Source of the DNA: an uncultured Thermoanaerobaculia bacterium
GTDB taxonomy: Bacteria > Acidobacteriota > Thermoanaerobaculia > Gp7-AA8
Reading direction: 5' to 3'
NCBI GenBank assembly: GCA_964650405.1
Contig: CAZYTO010000003.1
Location: 1-58,715 of the forward strand
DNA: 58,715 nt
This document shows positions 44,845 to 56,664 of this stretch, one piece after another. The position numbers were made by a program, and so were the translations under genes. The notes beneath the pieces are model-generated. The model had not been told where the DNA came from and did no database searches. It saw only the letters and a program-made list of their open reading frames with translations. Within the stretch, counting starts at the first letter, position 1, and each line of letters opens with the position of its first letter.

Positions 44845-46497
44845 TCACCAGGGCTCCGCAAGGTAGGGGAACTCCTTGAGGAACGGCTTGTCGTTGTGCA
44901 GCGGATTGGGAGGCGTGTGCGGCTCGATGTTCACGGCGTCCCAGAGCTCCTGGCTGCCGAGCGTTTCGAGAGTGCAGGGCTTGCCGGCGCACGTCTTCGA
45001 ATGGTCGAGGAAGATGCCGAGGAAGCGCGTGGCCACCTGGTCCTCCAGCCGCCGGCCGAAGGGCCACGTGCCGGTGGTGTCCATGTCGACCGCTTCGACG
45101 TTCGGGATGAAGATCTCGTAGGGCTTCTTCAACGGAATGTCGAGGTGCTTCGGGTTCCACGAGTCGTCGGGCATGTTCAGCGTCTGGAAGAAGCACTTCT
45201 TCACGCGGGGGAAAGCCTCAATGGCCAGCGAATAGGTCCGGTAGACGGAGACCGGGGAGTTGTCGTGATCGAAGCAGGTCGGGAGGCCGAGGGCGCTGAC
45301 GGACGGACCGAAGCCCCATCCGAGGTGGCCGAAACGCGTCACGAAGTGGCGGGCCAGCGAGATGTTGTTCGCGCCGAGCTGGCGGCTGTCCCACCGTTCG
45401 CTGAGCGCCGCGTCGGCGAACGGCACGCCGTCGGTGTCCACGACCTTGTACTGCTCCAGCTCCCGGGAGGCGTCTGTCGGCCTGGTGAAGAGGCGCCGGA
45501 ACCAGCCGGCGATTCGGCCGAAGAACGAGCGCGGCGGCGTATCGGAAACCGTCTGGAGCTTGGTCGACGCCTTCAGCACGTAGCTCTCGCCCCAGGAATT
45601 CACGATGCGGTCGCGCTGCGGATTGTTGGTGACGTAGTCGAGCGGCATCTCCACGATGATCGTGTTGACGTTGCGGCCCGCCTGGGCGTCCTTCCCGCTG
45701 TACACGAAGCGGTAGTTGCCGTTGGCGTCCTTGGCGAACTTGTTCCCCTTCCACGTATACGGCCCTGGCGGCAGGTCCTTCTTGCTGCCGCCCGGCCGGC
45801 CCCAGTTCGGGTTGGCCGGGTCGTAGTTGAAGAGCGTATTGCCGTCCAGCTCCAGGAGGGTCTTCGGGATCTTCAGCTCGCGCAGGTCCATGGACGCCGT
45901 CATCGGCACCTTGTAGTACTGCGGGCCGTAGTTGATCGACCGGAAGAAGCCGGGCAGGTCGTTGAAGAACGCGTCGTCGCGCCCGCCGATGTAGATCTTG
46001 ATCTGCTTCCCGCCCGGCGCCGTGAGCGTCAGCGACTGGTTCATCGCCACGACCTGCGAGAAGTCGCCGCCAGGGAAGCCCATGAAACGGATGCTGGCCT
46101 TGTCGTCGGGCGTGGTCGTGACCCGCACCTCGGCCGGATTCCACTGGGCGTACTTGTGCGCGAAGGCGTCCGCGTACTGCAGGAAGTCCTCGAGGGCGTT
46201 GAGGTTCCCTTCGTGCGCCACCCGTGGATCGGCGTGAACGCGGATGCGGTAGAGCATGTCGTGATCGAACACGCCGGCCTTGGGAACCGAGGCGAAGGTG
46301 AGCGCCAGCACCACCCGTTCACCGTTCGTCTTGTCGTCGGCCGGCCAGCCGAACATGTCGTACAGGTCGGCCGCGCTGACCGGCACGTCGGAGAAGATGG
46401 AGTTCACCGAGTTCGGGTCGTTGTGATCGGCCGCGACCAGGGGCAGAGAGAGAGTGCAGAGGACTGCACACGCGAGCAGAGAGAGAGTGCGCCGCAT
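44845..46497 (-). CDS. DUF4331-like secreted protein
   Basis: Signal peptide then AADHNDP...ADLYDMFGW; GGRDDAFFNDL; FSGKDAQAGRNV-type segment; WPFGRRLEDQV; FPYLAEPW ending; AGGAGG SD. Confidence 0.75.
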   Translation of the reverse strand: MRRTLSLLACAVLCTLSLPLVAADHNDPNSVNSIFSDVPVSAADLYDMFGWPADDKTNGERVVLALTFASVPKAGVFDHDMLYRIRVHADPRVAHEGNLNALEDFLQYADAFAHKYAQWNPAEVRVTTTPDDKASIRFMGFPGGDFSQVVAMNQSLTLTAPGGKQIKIYIGGRDDAFFNDLPGFFRSINYGPQYYKVPMTASMDLRELKIPKTLLELDGNTLFNYDPANPNWGRPGGSKKDLPPGPYTWKGNKFAKDANGNYRFVYSGKDAQAGRNVNTIIVEMPLDYVTNNPQRDRIVNSWGESYVLKASTKLQTVSDTPPRSFFGRIAGWFRRLFTRPTDASRELEQYKVVDTDGVPFADAALSERWDSRQLGANNISLARHFVTRFGHLGWGFGPSVSALGLPTCFDHDNSPVSVYRTYSLAIEAFPRVKKCFFQTLNMPDDSWNPKHLDIPLKKPYEIFIPNVEAVDMDTTGTWPFGRRLEDQVATRFLGIFLDHSKTCAGKPCTLETLGSQELWDAVNIEPHTPPNPLHNDKPFLKEFPYLAEPW

Positions 46498-46560
46498 GAG
46501 GATCTCCTCCTAGATCACTAGAGGAGAGGCGTTTGGGCGGCATTCCCCTACCCTGCGGTG

Positions 46561-46647
46561 CGGGGTTACGAGGTTGCGGGGTTGCGGGGTTGCGGGGTTG
46601 CGGGGTTGCGACGAGCCCGGCAACTCTGTAACCCTGCAACCCGGCAA
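46561..46647. repeat. Family J octamer (GGGGTTGC) hairpin
   Basis: Six units 46561-46610; complementary gcaactctgtaaccctgcaacccggcaa 46620-46647. Confidence 0.9.
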
Positions 46648-46651
46648 TCGC

Positions 46652-47395
46652 ATGACGGACCTCACCTCCCAATATGCCACGAGCGCGAATCTCGCCGCGC
46701 GGATCGCGCTGCACCGGCGCTGCAGCGCGAACGCGTATGGCTTCCAGCGCTGGGTGTTCGACCGCCTGGGGCTCGCACCGGGCGTGAAGGTGCTGGAAAT
46801 TGCCTGCGGGACGGGGAGTCTCTGGCGGGAGAACGCTGATCGGATGCCGTCGCTGGGGCTGGTGCTGTCGGACTTTGCCATGGCCATGCTCCGGACGACG
46901 GCCGAGGGGGTTTGCGGTGCACGGTTCGTGAACTGCGCGCTGCCCGACCTCCCCTTCGAGGCCGGAAGCTTCGACGTCGTGATCGCCAATCACATGCTCT
47001 ACCACGTCGCGGAGCGTGAGCGCGCGCTGGGCGAGATCCGGCGCGTGCTGCGCCACGGCGGCTCGCTCTTCGCCACGACGAACGGCATCGATCACCTTCG
47101 CGAGCTCAAGATCCTCATGCAACGCTTCGGCATCGAAGCCAGCGACATCTCCGCCGGCTTCACGCTCGAGAACGGGAAGGCCCAGTTGCGCCGCGTCTTC
47201 GACGACGTTCGCTGCGAGGAGTACCCCGACAGCCTGCACGTGACGGAGCCGGCACTGGTACTCGACTACCTGGCTTCGATGAGCGCGAGGTCCGCGGAGG
47301 TCGTTCGTGCACGGCGCGACGAGATTCTGGCGGCCATCCAGTTGCCGTTCGAAATCAGTAAATCGAGCGGATTGTTCGTAGTGCGTGGAACGTAG
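46652..47395 (+). CDS. Class I SAM-dependent methyltransferase
   Basis: VLEIACGTGSLW, LPFEAGSFDVVIANHMLYHV. Confidence 0.88.
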   Translation: MTDLTSQYATSANLAARIALHRRCSANAYGFQRWVFDRLGLAPGVKVLEIACGTGSLWRENADRMPSLGLVLSDFAMAMLRTTAEGVCGARFVNCALPDLPFEAGSFDVVIANHMLYHVAERERALGEIRRVLRHGGSLFATTNGIDHLRELKILMQRFGIEASDISAGFTLENGKAQLRRVFDDVRCEEYPDSLHVTEPALVLDYLASMSARSAEVVRARRDEILAAIQLPFEISKSSGLFVVRGT

Positions 47396-47424
47396 CGCCA
47401 AAAGCTCGCGGCTCACGGCGGCAG

Positions 47425-47430
47425 TAGAAT
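47425..47430 (+). promoter_or_regulatory. Putative -10 box (TAGAAT) of a leaderless TA transcript
   Basis: TAGAAT 6 nt before the DUF433 ATG, no SD in between. Confidence 0.65.
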
Positions 47431-47436
47431 AAGGTT

Positions 47437-47661
47437 ATGAACTATTTGGACATCATCACGGTCGAGCCTGACAAGCGTGGCGGACAGCCATGCATTCGGG
47501 GACTGCGGATCACCGTGTCCGACGTCCTGTCATATCTTGCGTCGGGCATGTCCGAGGACGAGATCATTTCCGACTTCCCGGATCTCACACGTGAAGACAT
47601 TCGCGCAGCGCTCAGCTACGCAGCCGACCGTGAACGCAAGGTCGTGTTTTCACGCGCGTGA
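47437..47661 (+). CDS. DUF433 family antitoxin (VapB45-like)
   Basis: GGQPCIRGLRITVSDVL...GMSEDEIISDFPDLTREDIRAALSYA. Confidence 0.92.
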   Translation: MNYLDIITVEPDKRGGQPCIRGLRITVSDVLSYLASGMSEDEIISDFPDLTREDIRAALSYAADRERKVVFSRA

Positions 47662-47993
47662 AACTGCTCCTGGACCACAACCTCTCACACCGGCTCGTGA
47701 ACCGCCTGGAAGACTTGTACCCGGAGAGCACGCAGACTCGACTTCTGGGTTTCGGACGTACTGGAGACACGGAGCTTTGGTTTTACGCGAGAACGCATGG
47801 CTACATTCTCGTCACCAAAGACAGCGACATCGCCGAGCGTGCAGTATCGCGAGGCGCTCCCCCCAAGGTGATCTGGCTTCGCATCGGCAACTGCACCGTG
47901 AATGTCATCGAAGCCGTTCTTCGCCGGAACTTCGATGCGATCCAGAAGTTAAGCGAGGCTCAGGATCAGGTCGTGCTCGAACTGATCGAGTGA
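47658..47993 (+). CDS. DUF5615 PIN-like toxin (VapC45-like)
   Basis: MKLLLDHNLS, GDTELW, LVTKDSD, PPKVIWLRIGN; GTGA overlap with DUF433. Confidence 0.88.
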   Translation: MKLLLDHNLSHRLVNRLEDLYPESTQTRLLGFGRTGDTELWFYARTHGYILVTKDSDIAERAVSRGAPPKVIWLRIGNCTVNVIEAVLRRNFDAIQKLSEAQDQVVLELIE

Positions 47994-48026
47994 CAGAGGG
48001 TCTGCGACAGCTTCAGAGGCCGGGAG

Positions 48027-49181
48027 CTACGCCCGCTTGGCCTGCCGCGACGCGGCGGCCGTGTGCCGCGCCCGGCCCTGGCGGCGGGCGACCAGCGGGA
48101 GCTGTTTGCGGACGAGGGAGGCGAAGGTCGGCTCGGCGATGGCGATCTCTTCGAGCACCGCTTCCCGTTTCGTGGCCGGCAGTTTGAGGAGCATCGCTTC
48201 GAGACGGAGGGCGCTGATCTCGTCGGCGCCCTGCTCGCCGGCGTGCACGAAGGCGGCGTGGTGGTTGAGGTCGTGACGGCCGGTACGGTCGGCCTTGGCG
48301 AAGAGCGTGGTCAGGCCGCCCGGCCCGAGACGCTCGATCAGGTCGCCGACCTCGGGGAGCCAGTTCACGAACGACCCCAGACGGTGCATCAGCTCCAGTT
48401 CCACGCCGGAGTGGTCGTCGTGCAGGAGCTTGACGATGGTGCGGACGCGGACGAAGCGGTCGCCGCGGTCCCATCCCAGCAGAATGGCGGCGCGGAGGGG
48501 ATCGGCCAGATCGGCGTTCAGCTCGGTGATGTGGAGCTTGTTCACGCAGGTGCGGATGATGCGGATGGCGCACTCGATGGGCGAGGCGTGGATGGCGTTC
48601 CAGGCCACGATGGAGGGCGAGCGATTCGTCCAGGCCTGGTAGCCGCCGGAGGAGTCGTAGATCAGTCCTGTTTCCAGCGCGCATGGCCCACAACCCGCCG
48701 TCAACATGCGCGCCGCGATCTCCTTGAGGGTCATCCCCGGCGGCAGCGGGATGAGCATGCGGTCGACGTTCATCAGGCCGTTCAGTTGCAGGGCCGATTC
48801 GTCGTGAAAGACGGAGAGGTCGACTTCCATGCCGTGCACGTCCCACAGGACGCCCCATCCCGCCTCCCACAGCGGCTCGTCGGGATTGCGCGAGCGGCGC
48901 CGGGGGTAGATGTACTTGGGGAGGAAGCGCATGTCGGGCGAGTCGAGGGCCAGGCCGATGGTGCGTACCAGGTCCTGCCCGACTGGCCGGTCGGCGGCCA
49001 GGACAAGATCGAAGTCGCGCATGCGCAACGCGCTGCCGGTGAAGAGATGGTCGAGCAGCGCGGGCGCGCTTCCGCCGCCGATGGCCAGTTTGGTCAGGCC
49101 GAACCGATCTCGGAGCTCGTTCGCCACGAGCTCTAGGATCGCCGACAGACGTCGGACTGGAAGCGCTTTCATTTTGTGCAT
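48027..49181 (-). CDS. Divergent class II (CCA-adding/poly(A) polymerase fold) nucleotidyltransferase; start 49181 or 49172
   Basis: LAIGGG...RDFDL (GG + DxD), EVDL third acid, LIYDSSGG, AIRIIR, RTIVKLL...ELMHRLG...LPEV align by eye with PolyA_pol and RNA-binding helices. Confidence 0.65.
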   Translation of the reverse strand: MHKMKALPVRRLSAILELVANELRDRFGLTKLAIGGGSAPALLDHLFTGSALRMRDFDLVLAADRPVGQDLVRTIGLALDSPDMRFLPKYIYPRRRSRNPDEPLWEAGWGVLWDVHGMEVDLSVFHDESALQLNGLMNVDRMLIPLPPGMTLKEIAARMLTAGCGPCALETGLIYDSSGGYQAWTNRSPSIVAWNAIHASPIECAIRIIRTCVNKLHITELNADLADPLRAAILLGWDRGDRFVRVRTIVKLLHDDHSGVELELMHRLGSFVNWLPEVGDLIERLGPGGLTTLFAKADRTGRHDLNHHAAFVHAGEQGADEISALRLEAMLLKLPATKREAVLEEIAIAEPTFASLVRKQLPLVARRQGRARHTAAASRQAKRA

Positions 49182-49272
49182 CTGGATCCGATTTTTTACT
49201 GCAGGGCAAACCGAGCGGGACGGCGAATGATACACATTTCCAGCCCGGATGGAAGGGGGGCCTCGATCTTTT

Positions 49273-50190
49273 TCAGGACTTCCGAAGAACCAGTTGCCAG
49301 TCCTTCCGGAGAATGGACACTTCCGGCCCGAGCAGCGAGACGAAGGCGTCCAGGGCGCGGCCCGGCGCGCGGGCCAGCAGGCCCCTGGCTACGTCGTCGA
49401 CCAGATCGTAGTCGTCGAAGATCACCGTGCCGCCCCTGCGCAATAGCGTCCAGGCCAGAACGGCGTCCTGCAATACGTCGCCCACGCGGTGCGAGCCGTC
49501 GATGTAGACGAAATCGAACTGCCCCGGCGGCAGCGTGCGTAGCACCACCTGCGAGCTGCCGGTGAGCTTCATCACCCGGTCGCCCGCGCCCGACGCAGCC
49601 ACGTTGTGGTCGAAGTAGCGCTCGAAGTAGCGCAGCAGCGTGCTGTCCATGGGAATGGCGAAGGGATCGACGCAGACGAGGCGGCTGGTGGGATGGGTGA
49701 AGACGTTGTCCAGAAACCAGCAGGCCGACTGCCCTTCGAAACAGCCGACCTCCAGCCCCTGCAGGCCGGGCTTCCCGGTCAGGTGCGCGAGGTCGCGCTT
49801 CCAGGCCTGGGCATGCGGCGCAACCCAGTCGAAAGTGAATCGGTACTTTGGATGCGGCAGCGGCGGGCTGTCGGCGAAGAGGTCGTGCATCTGGCGCGCG
49901 AGCACACGCGAAGCGCGCTCCTCGCCTCCCGTGTCGATCAGCCGGCGCATGGCCATGACCATGACGAACCGCCCGTCGTTGTGCTCCTCGGTGGAGATCT
50001 TCTCTTTCTCCAGGGCCGCACGCAGCACGGCACATCGCGCCTCGATGTCGCGCACGGCGTGCACCGCTCCTTCCGCCGTCACGGGCCCGTCGCTGGTGGC
50101 CCTCACCCATTCCTCATGAAGCACGCGCGCCTGGCGCGCAAGCTCCTGCTGTTTCGCGGTGGGCGTGAGGGCGGCGGAAGTACTGGTCAT
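49273..50190 (-). CDS. Class I SAM-dependent methyltransferase (Methyltransf_24-like) with an N-terminal helical extension
   Basis: FTFDW, LEVGCFEGQSACW, CVDPF, FDFVYIDGSH, LRRGGTVIFDDY. Confidence 0.85.
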   Translation of the reverse strand: MTSTSAALTPTAKQQELARQARVLHEEWVRATSDGPVTAEGAVHAVRDIEARCAVLRAALEKEKISTEEHNDGRFVMVMAMRRLIDTGGEERASRVLARQMHDLFADSPPLPHPKYRFTFDWVAPHAQAWKRDLAHLTGKPGLQGLEVGCFEGQSACWFLDNVFTHPTSRLVCVDPFAIPMDSTLLRYFERYFDHNVAASGAGDRVMKLTGSSQVVLRTLPPGQFDFVYIDGSHRVGDVLQDAVLAWTLLRRGGTVIFDDYDLVDDVARGLLARAPGRALDAFVSLLGPEVSILRKDWQLVLRKS

Positions 50191-50295
50191 CGGATGCCTT
50201 TCGGGAAGAAGTGCTGAAGGACTGCGGACGGGAGCGGGAACAGTTCCGTCCGTTGAAGCGCGACATCATCGCAGAAATCCGCGATGCCGGAACCG

Positions 50296-50454
50296 CGATA
50301 TCCGAAACCCGATTCCCAATCCGGATGCCGGACACTGAAACCCGATACCCGGTTCTGCACCTCGAGCATGAAGATACTCGGCACCCGGTACCCGTCACCC
50401 CGTTACGCCGTTACCCCGTTACCGGGTACCCGTTACCCGTCACCCGGTACCCGT
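50296..50454. repeat. Family G heptamer arrays (GATACCC/GAAACCC, GGTACCC/GTCACCC/CGTTACC), one-sided
   Basis: cgaaacccgattccc..gaaacccgatacccgg..ggcacccggtacccgtcaccccgttacgccgttaccccgttaccgggtacccgttacccgtcacccggtacccg. Confidence 0.8.
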
Positions 50455-53676
<3,222 letters not shown>

Positions 53677-53779
53677 GGGCACGGGGCGTCGCACATTCAA
53701 CTCGTGGCTCAGACCTCGTCCGGAACGACCGATCTCGTCGCTGAGGCGGACGGAAGTATGGTAACGCAGGGAGCGCGAG

Positions 53780-54116
53780 GAAGGGGCGAAGGGCGAAGGA
53801 TGAAGGGCGAAGAGGGGGAACCGCCACCTTCAGCCCTTCATCTCCTCCTGAACTGTTTCATTGCGTGGGCGCCAATCTACCGGTAGGGAATCCTCGACGA
53901 GGAACCTGGCACGCGGAGATCACGGAGCCGAGGAGGCCGCGGGATCTCGAGATCTTCTCCGTGTCCTCCGCGCCTCCGCGTGAGACGATTCACGCGCCGC
54001 CGCTAGCCGCTCTCCAGATACCGCGCGCCGTCTTCTCCTTCGCCCTTCATCCTTCGCCCTTCGCCCTTTAACGCCCTCCCGCGTCGCCGCTCGCCGCTCG
54101 CCGCGGGCCGCTCGCC
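53780..54116. repeat. Composite intergenic repeat mosaic (family D arms, CACGCGGAG palindrome, family E arms)
   Basis: D 53780-53812, D' 53827-53841 and 54037-54068; CACGCGGAG 53910-53918...CTCCGCGTG 53974-53982; tcgccgc arrays 54084-54116. Confidence 0.8.
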
Positions 54117-54184
54117 CCGAGTGCGATCCCGCTCACAGCGCCTTTCCGGACGGGGCGCTATGATGCAGTCCGTCCAGAAACGCC

Positions 54185-54796
54185 ATGCCGGCCACGATTT
54201 ACGCGTTGAAGTCGACGTTCCAGGGAGTCCTGCGGCCACTGGTGCGGCGGCTCTTCGCCCTCGGCGTCACGGCCAATCAGGTCACCCTGACCGCCTGTCT
54301 TGCTTCCCTCGCCATCGGCGCGTTGCTCGTCCACGCCCCGGCCGTCTGGTTCGCGGCCGTGCCGGTGTGGATGTTCGTCCGCATGGCCCTCAACGCCATC
54401 GACGGCATGCTGGCCCGCGAGTTCGGCCAGAAGTCGGTCATGGGGGGCTATCTCAACGAGCTGACTGACGTCGTCTCCGACGCGGCACTCTACCTGCCGT
54501 TTGCGTTCGTACGGCCGTTCGGGTGGGAAGCGGTCTGCGCGGTGATCTTCCTGGCGGCGCTGACCGAAATGGCGGGCGTGCTCGGCGCTGTCGGCGTGGC
54601 CTCGCGACGGTACGACGGGCCGATGGGCAAGAGCGACCGCGCGTTCGTCTTCTCGCTGCTGGCCATCTGGATCGCCGCCGCGCCGGCGTTGCCCGGCTGG
54701 TCGGTCTGGATCCTGTGGAGCATCGCGGCACTCTGCGCGGCGACGGTGGCCAACCGGGTGCGCGCGGGCCTGCGGCTCGCGGAGGGAACGACATGA
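54185..54796 (+). CDS. ynbA: CDP-alcohol phosphatidyltransferase family (YnbA-like)
   Basis: IYALKSTFQGVLRP, ANQVT, RMALNAIDGMLARE, LNELTDVVSD, GPMGKSDRA. Confidence 0.88.
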   Translation: MPATIYALKSTFQGVLRPLVRRLFALGVTANQVTLTACLASLAIGALLVHAPAVWFAAVPVWMFVRMALNAIDGMLAREFGQKSVMGGYLNELTDVVSDAALYLPFAFVRPFGWEAVCAVIFLAALTEMAGVLGAVGVASRRYDGPMGKSDRAFVFSLLAIWIAAAPALPGWSVWILWSIAALCAATVANRVRAGLRLAEGTT

Positions 54797-56541
54797 GGGA
54801 ATCGATCGAGCGGACGTTCCGCACGTCCGACGGAACGGAGCTCTTCTACCGGCATTGGCCCGTCGCCGGAGCGTCGACGGGAGCCATCGTGCTGTTCCAT
54901 CGCGGACATGAGCACTCCGGGCGGATGGCCCATCTCGTCGACGAGCTGGGTCTGGACGACTTCGAGTTCTACGCCTGGGACGCGCGTGGACACGGCCGCT
55001 CGCCGGGAGTGCGCGGCTACAGCCCGAGCCTGGCCACCTCCATCCGGGACGTGAACGAGTTCGTGGCCGAGGCCGGGCGGGAGTCGGGGCATCGCTCCGA
55101 GGACGTCGCCGTCATCGCCCAGAGCGTCGGCGCCGTGCTTGTGGCGGCCTGGCTGCACGACTACGCCCCGCACATCCGCTGCGCCGTGCTCGCCTCCCCG
55201 GCATTCAAGGTCAAGCTGTACGTTCCCTTCGCCCGCCCGGGCCTGGCCCTCATGCAGAAAGTGCGCGGGAACTTCTTCGTGAAGAGCTACGTCAAGTCGA
55301 AGTTCCTCACCCACGACGAAGAGCGGATGTCGTCGTTCGACGACGACCCGCTCATCAGCCGGGCCATCTCGTCGAACATCCTCCTCGACCTCTACTCCAC
55401 GGCCGAACGGGTCGTCGCCGACGCCCAGGCCATCACGGTACCCCTCCAGCTCCTCATCTCCGGCTCCGATTGGGTCGTCCACCACAAGCCGCAGCACGAC
55501 TTCTTCGACCGGCTGGGCAGCACGGTCAAAGAGCGCCACGTGCTCTATGGATTCCACCACGACACGCTCGGCGAACGCGATCGGGAGAAGGCCAACGCGC
55601 TCATCCGCGACTTCGTACACGATCGCTTCGCGGCGCCGGCGGCGGAGCCGGACCTCACGAAAGCACACAAGCACGGCCCCACCCGCGAAGAGGCCGACCG
55701 GCTGGCGGCGCCCCTGCCGAAGTGGTCGCCGCGCGGCCTCTACTGGGCCGCTACGCGCGCGGCCATGCGCGTCGGCAGCAAACTCTCCGAGGGGCTGAAA
55801 CTCGGGGAGGACACCGGATTCGACTCGGGCGCCACGCTCGACTACGTCTATCGCAACACGCCCGGCAGCCCCACGCCCCTGGGCCGTCTCATCGACCGCA
55901 ACTACCTCGGCTCCATCGGCTGGAAGGGCATCCGCCAGCGCAAGGTGCACGTCGAGGAGCTGATCCGCGAGGCCATGAAACGCCTGCGCGACGACGGGCA
56001 GCCGATCCACGTCATGGACATCGCCGCCGGTCACGGCCGCTACGTGCTCGAAGCGCTGGAGACGGGGAACGGACGGCCCGATTCGATCCTGCTGCGCGAT
56101 TACAGCGACCTCAATGTGCGCGAGGGATCCGCGCTCATCGAGTCGAAAGGACTCGGCGCCATCGCCCGTTTCGTCAAGGGCGATGCCTTCGACCGCGAGA
56201 GCCTGGCCGCCGTCGCGCCGCGGCCGACCCTGGCCATCGTCTCCGGCCTCTACGAGCTCTTCCCCGACAACGACATGGTCCAGCGCTCGCTGGCCGGCGT
56301 CGCCGACGCCGTGGCGCCGGGCGGGTATCTCATCTACACGGGACAGCCGTGGCATCCGCAGCTCGAGCTGATCGCCCGCGCGCTGACGAGCCATCGCGGA
56401 GGGCAAGCCTGGGTGATGCGCCGCCGCACGCAGGGAGAGATGGATCAACTGGTGGACCATGCCGGGTTTGAGAAGCTCGCCCAGCGCATCGACCGATGGG
56501 GCATCTTCACGGTCTCGCTGGCGGTGAGGCGGGCGGAGTGA
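54793..56541 (+). CDS. ynbC: Bifunctional alpha/beta hydrolase + class I methyltransferase (YnbC-like)
   Basis: HRGHEHSGR, WDARGHGRSPG, AQSVG, GFHHDTLGE; GFDSGATLDYVYRN, DIAAGHGRY, SGLYELF, TGQPWHPQ, MRRRTQ; ATGA coupling. Confidence 0.9.
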   Translation: MRESIERTFRTSDGTELFYRHWPVAGASTGAIVLFHRGHEHSGRMAHLVDELGLDDFEFYAWDARGHGRSPGVRGYSPSLATSIRDVNEFVAEAGRESGHRSEDVAVIAQSVGAVLVAAWLHDYAPHIRCAVLASPAFKVKLYVPFARPGLALMQKVRGNFFVKSYVKSKFLTHDEERMSSFDDDPLISRAISSNILLDLYSTAERVVADAQAITVPLQLLISGSDWVVHHKPQHDFFDRLGSTVKERHVLYGFHHDTLGERDREKANALIRDFVHDRFAAPAAEPDLTKAHKHGPTREEADRLAAPLPKWSPRGLYWAATRAAMRVGSKLSEGLKLGEDTGFDSGATLDYVYRNTPGSPTPLGRLIDRNYLGSIGWKGIRQRKVHVEELIREAMKRLRDDGQPIHVMDIAAGHGRYVLEALETGNGRPDSILLRDYSDLNVREGSALIESKGLGAIARFVKGDAFDRESLAAVAPRPTLAIVSGLYELFPDNDMVQRSLAGVADAVAPGGYLIYTGQPWHPQLELIARALTSHRGGQAWVMRRRTQGEMDQLVDHAGFEKLAQRIDRWGIFTVSLAVRRAE

Positions 56542-56545
56542 CGGA

Positions 56546-56644
56546 GAAAGGCTGGAAGGCGGGAAGGCTGAAAGGCTGAAAGGATCGAAAAGAGCTGTGG
56601 TGCCGCCGTCGTCCCTTCCAGCCTCTCAGCCTTCCAGCCTTTCC
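56546..56644. repeat. Family I octamer hairpin between ynbC and ynbD
   Basis: gaaaggctggaaggcgggaaggctgaaaggctgaaagg ... cccttccagcctctcagccttccagcctttc. Confidence 0.88.
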
Positions 56645-56664
56645 TCAGTGCACGCATTCGAACG

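Noticed and set aside
48027-49181. Calling the NTase a CCA-adding enzyme or a CBASS cGAS/DncV-like cyclase
   Set aside because: RRD and EDxxR are absent (not CCA); downstream motifs follow class II rather than CD-NTase, and no Cap effector is adjacent
49201-49225. GCAGGGCAAACC..GGGACG resembles the c-di-GMP-I riboswitch core
   Set aside because: The P2 stem/tetraloop is missing and the motif is on the strand with no downstream gene
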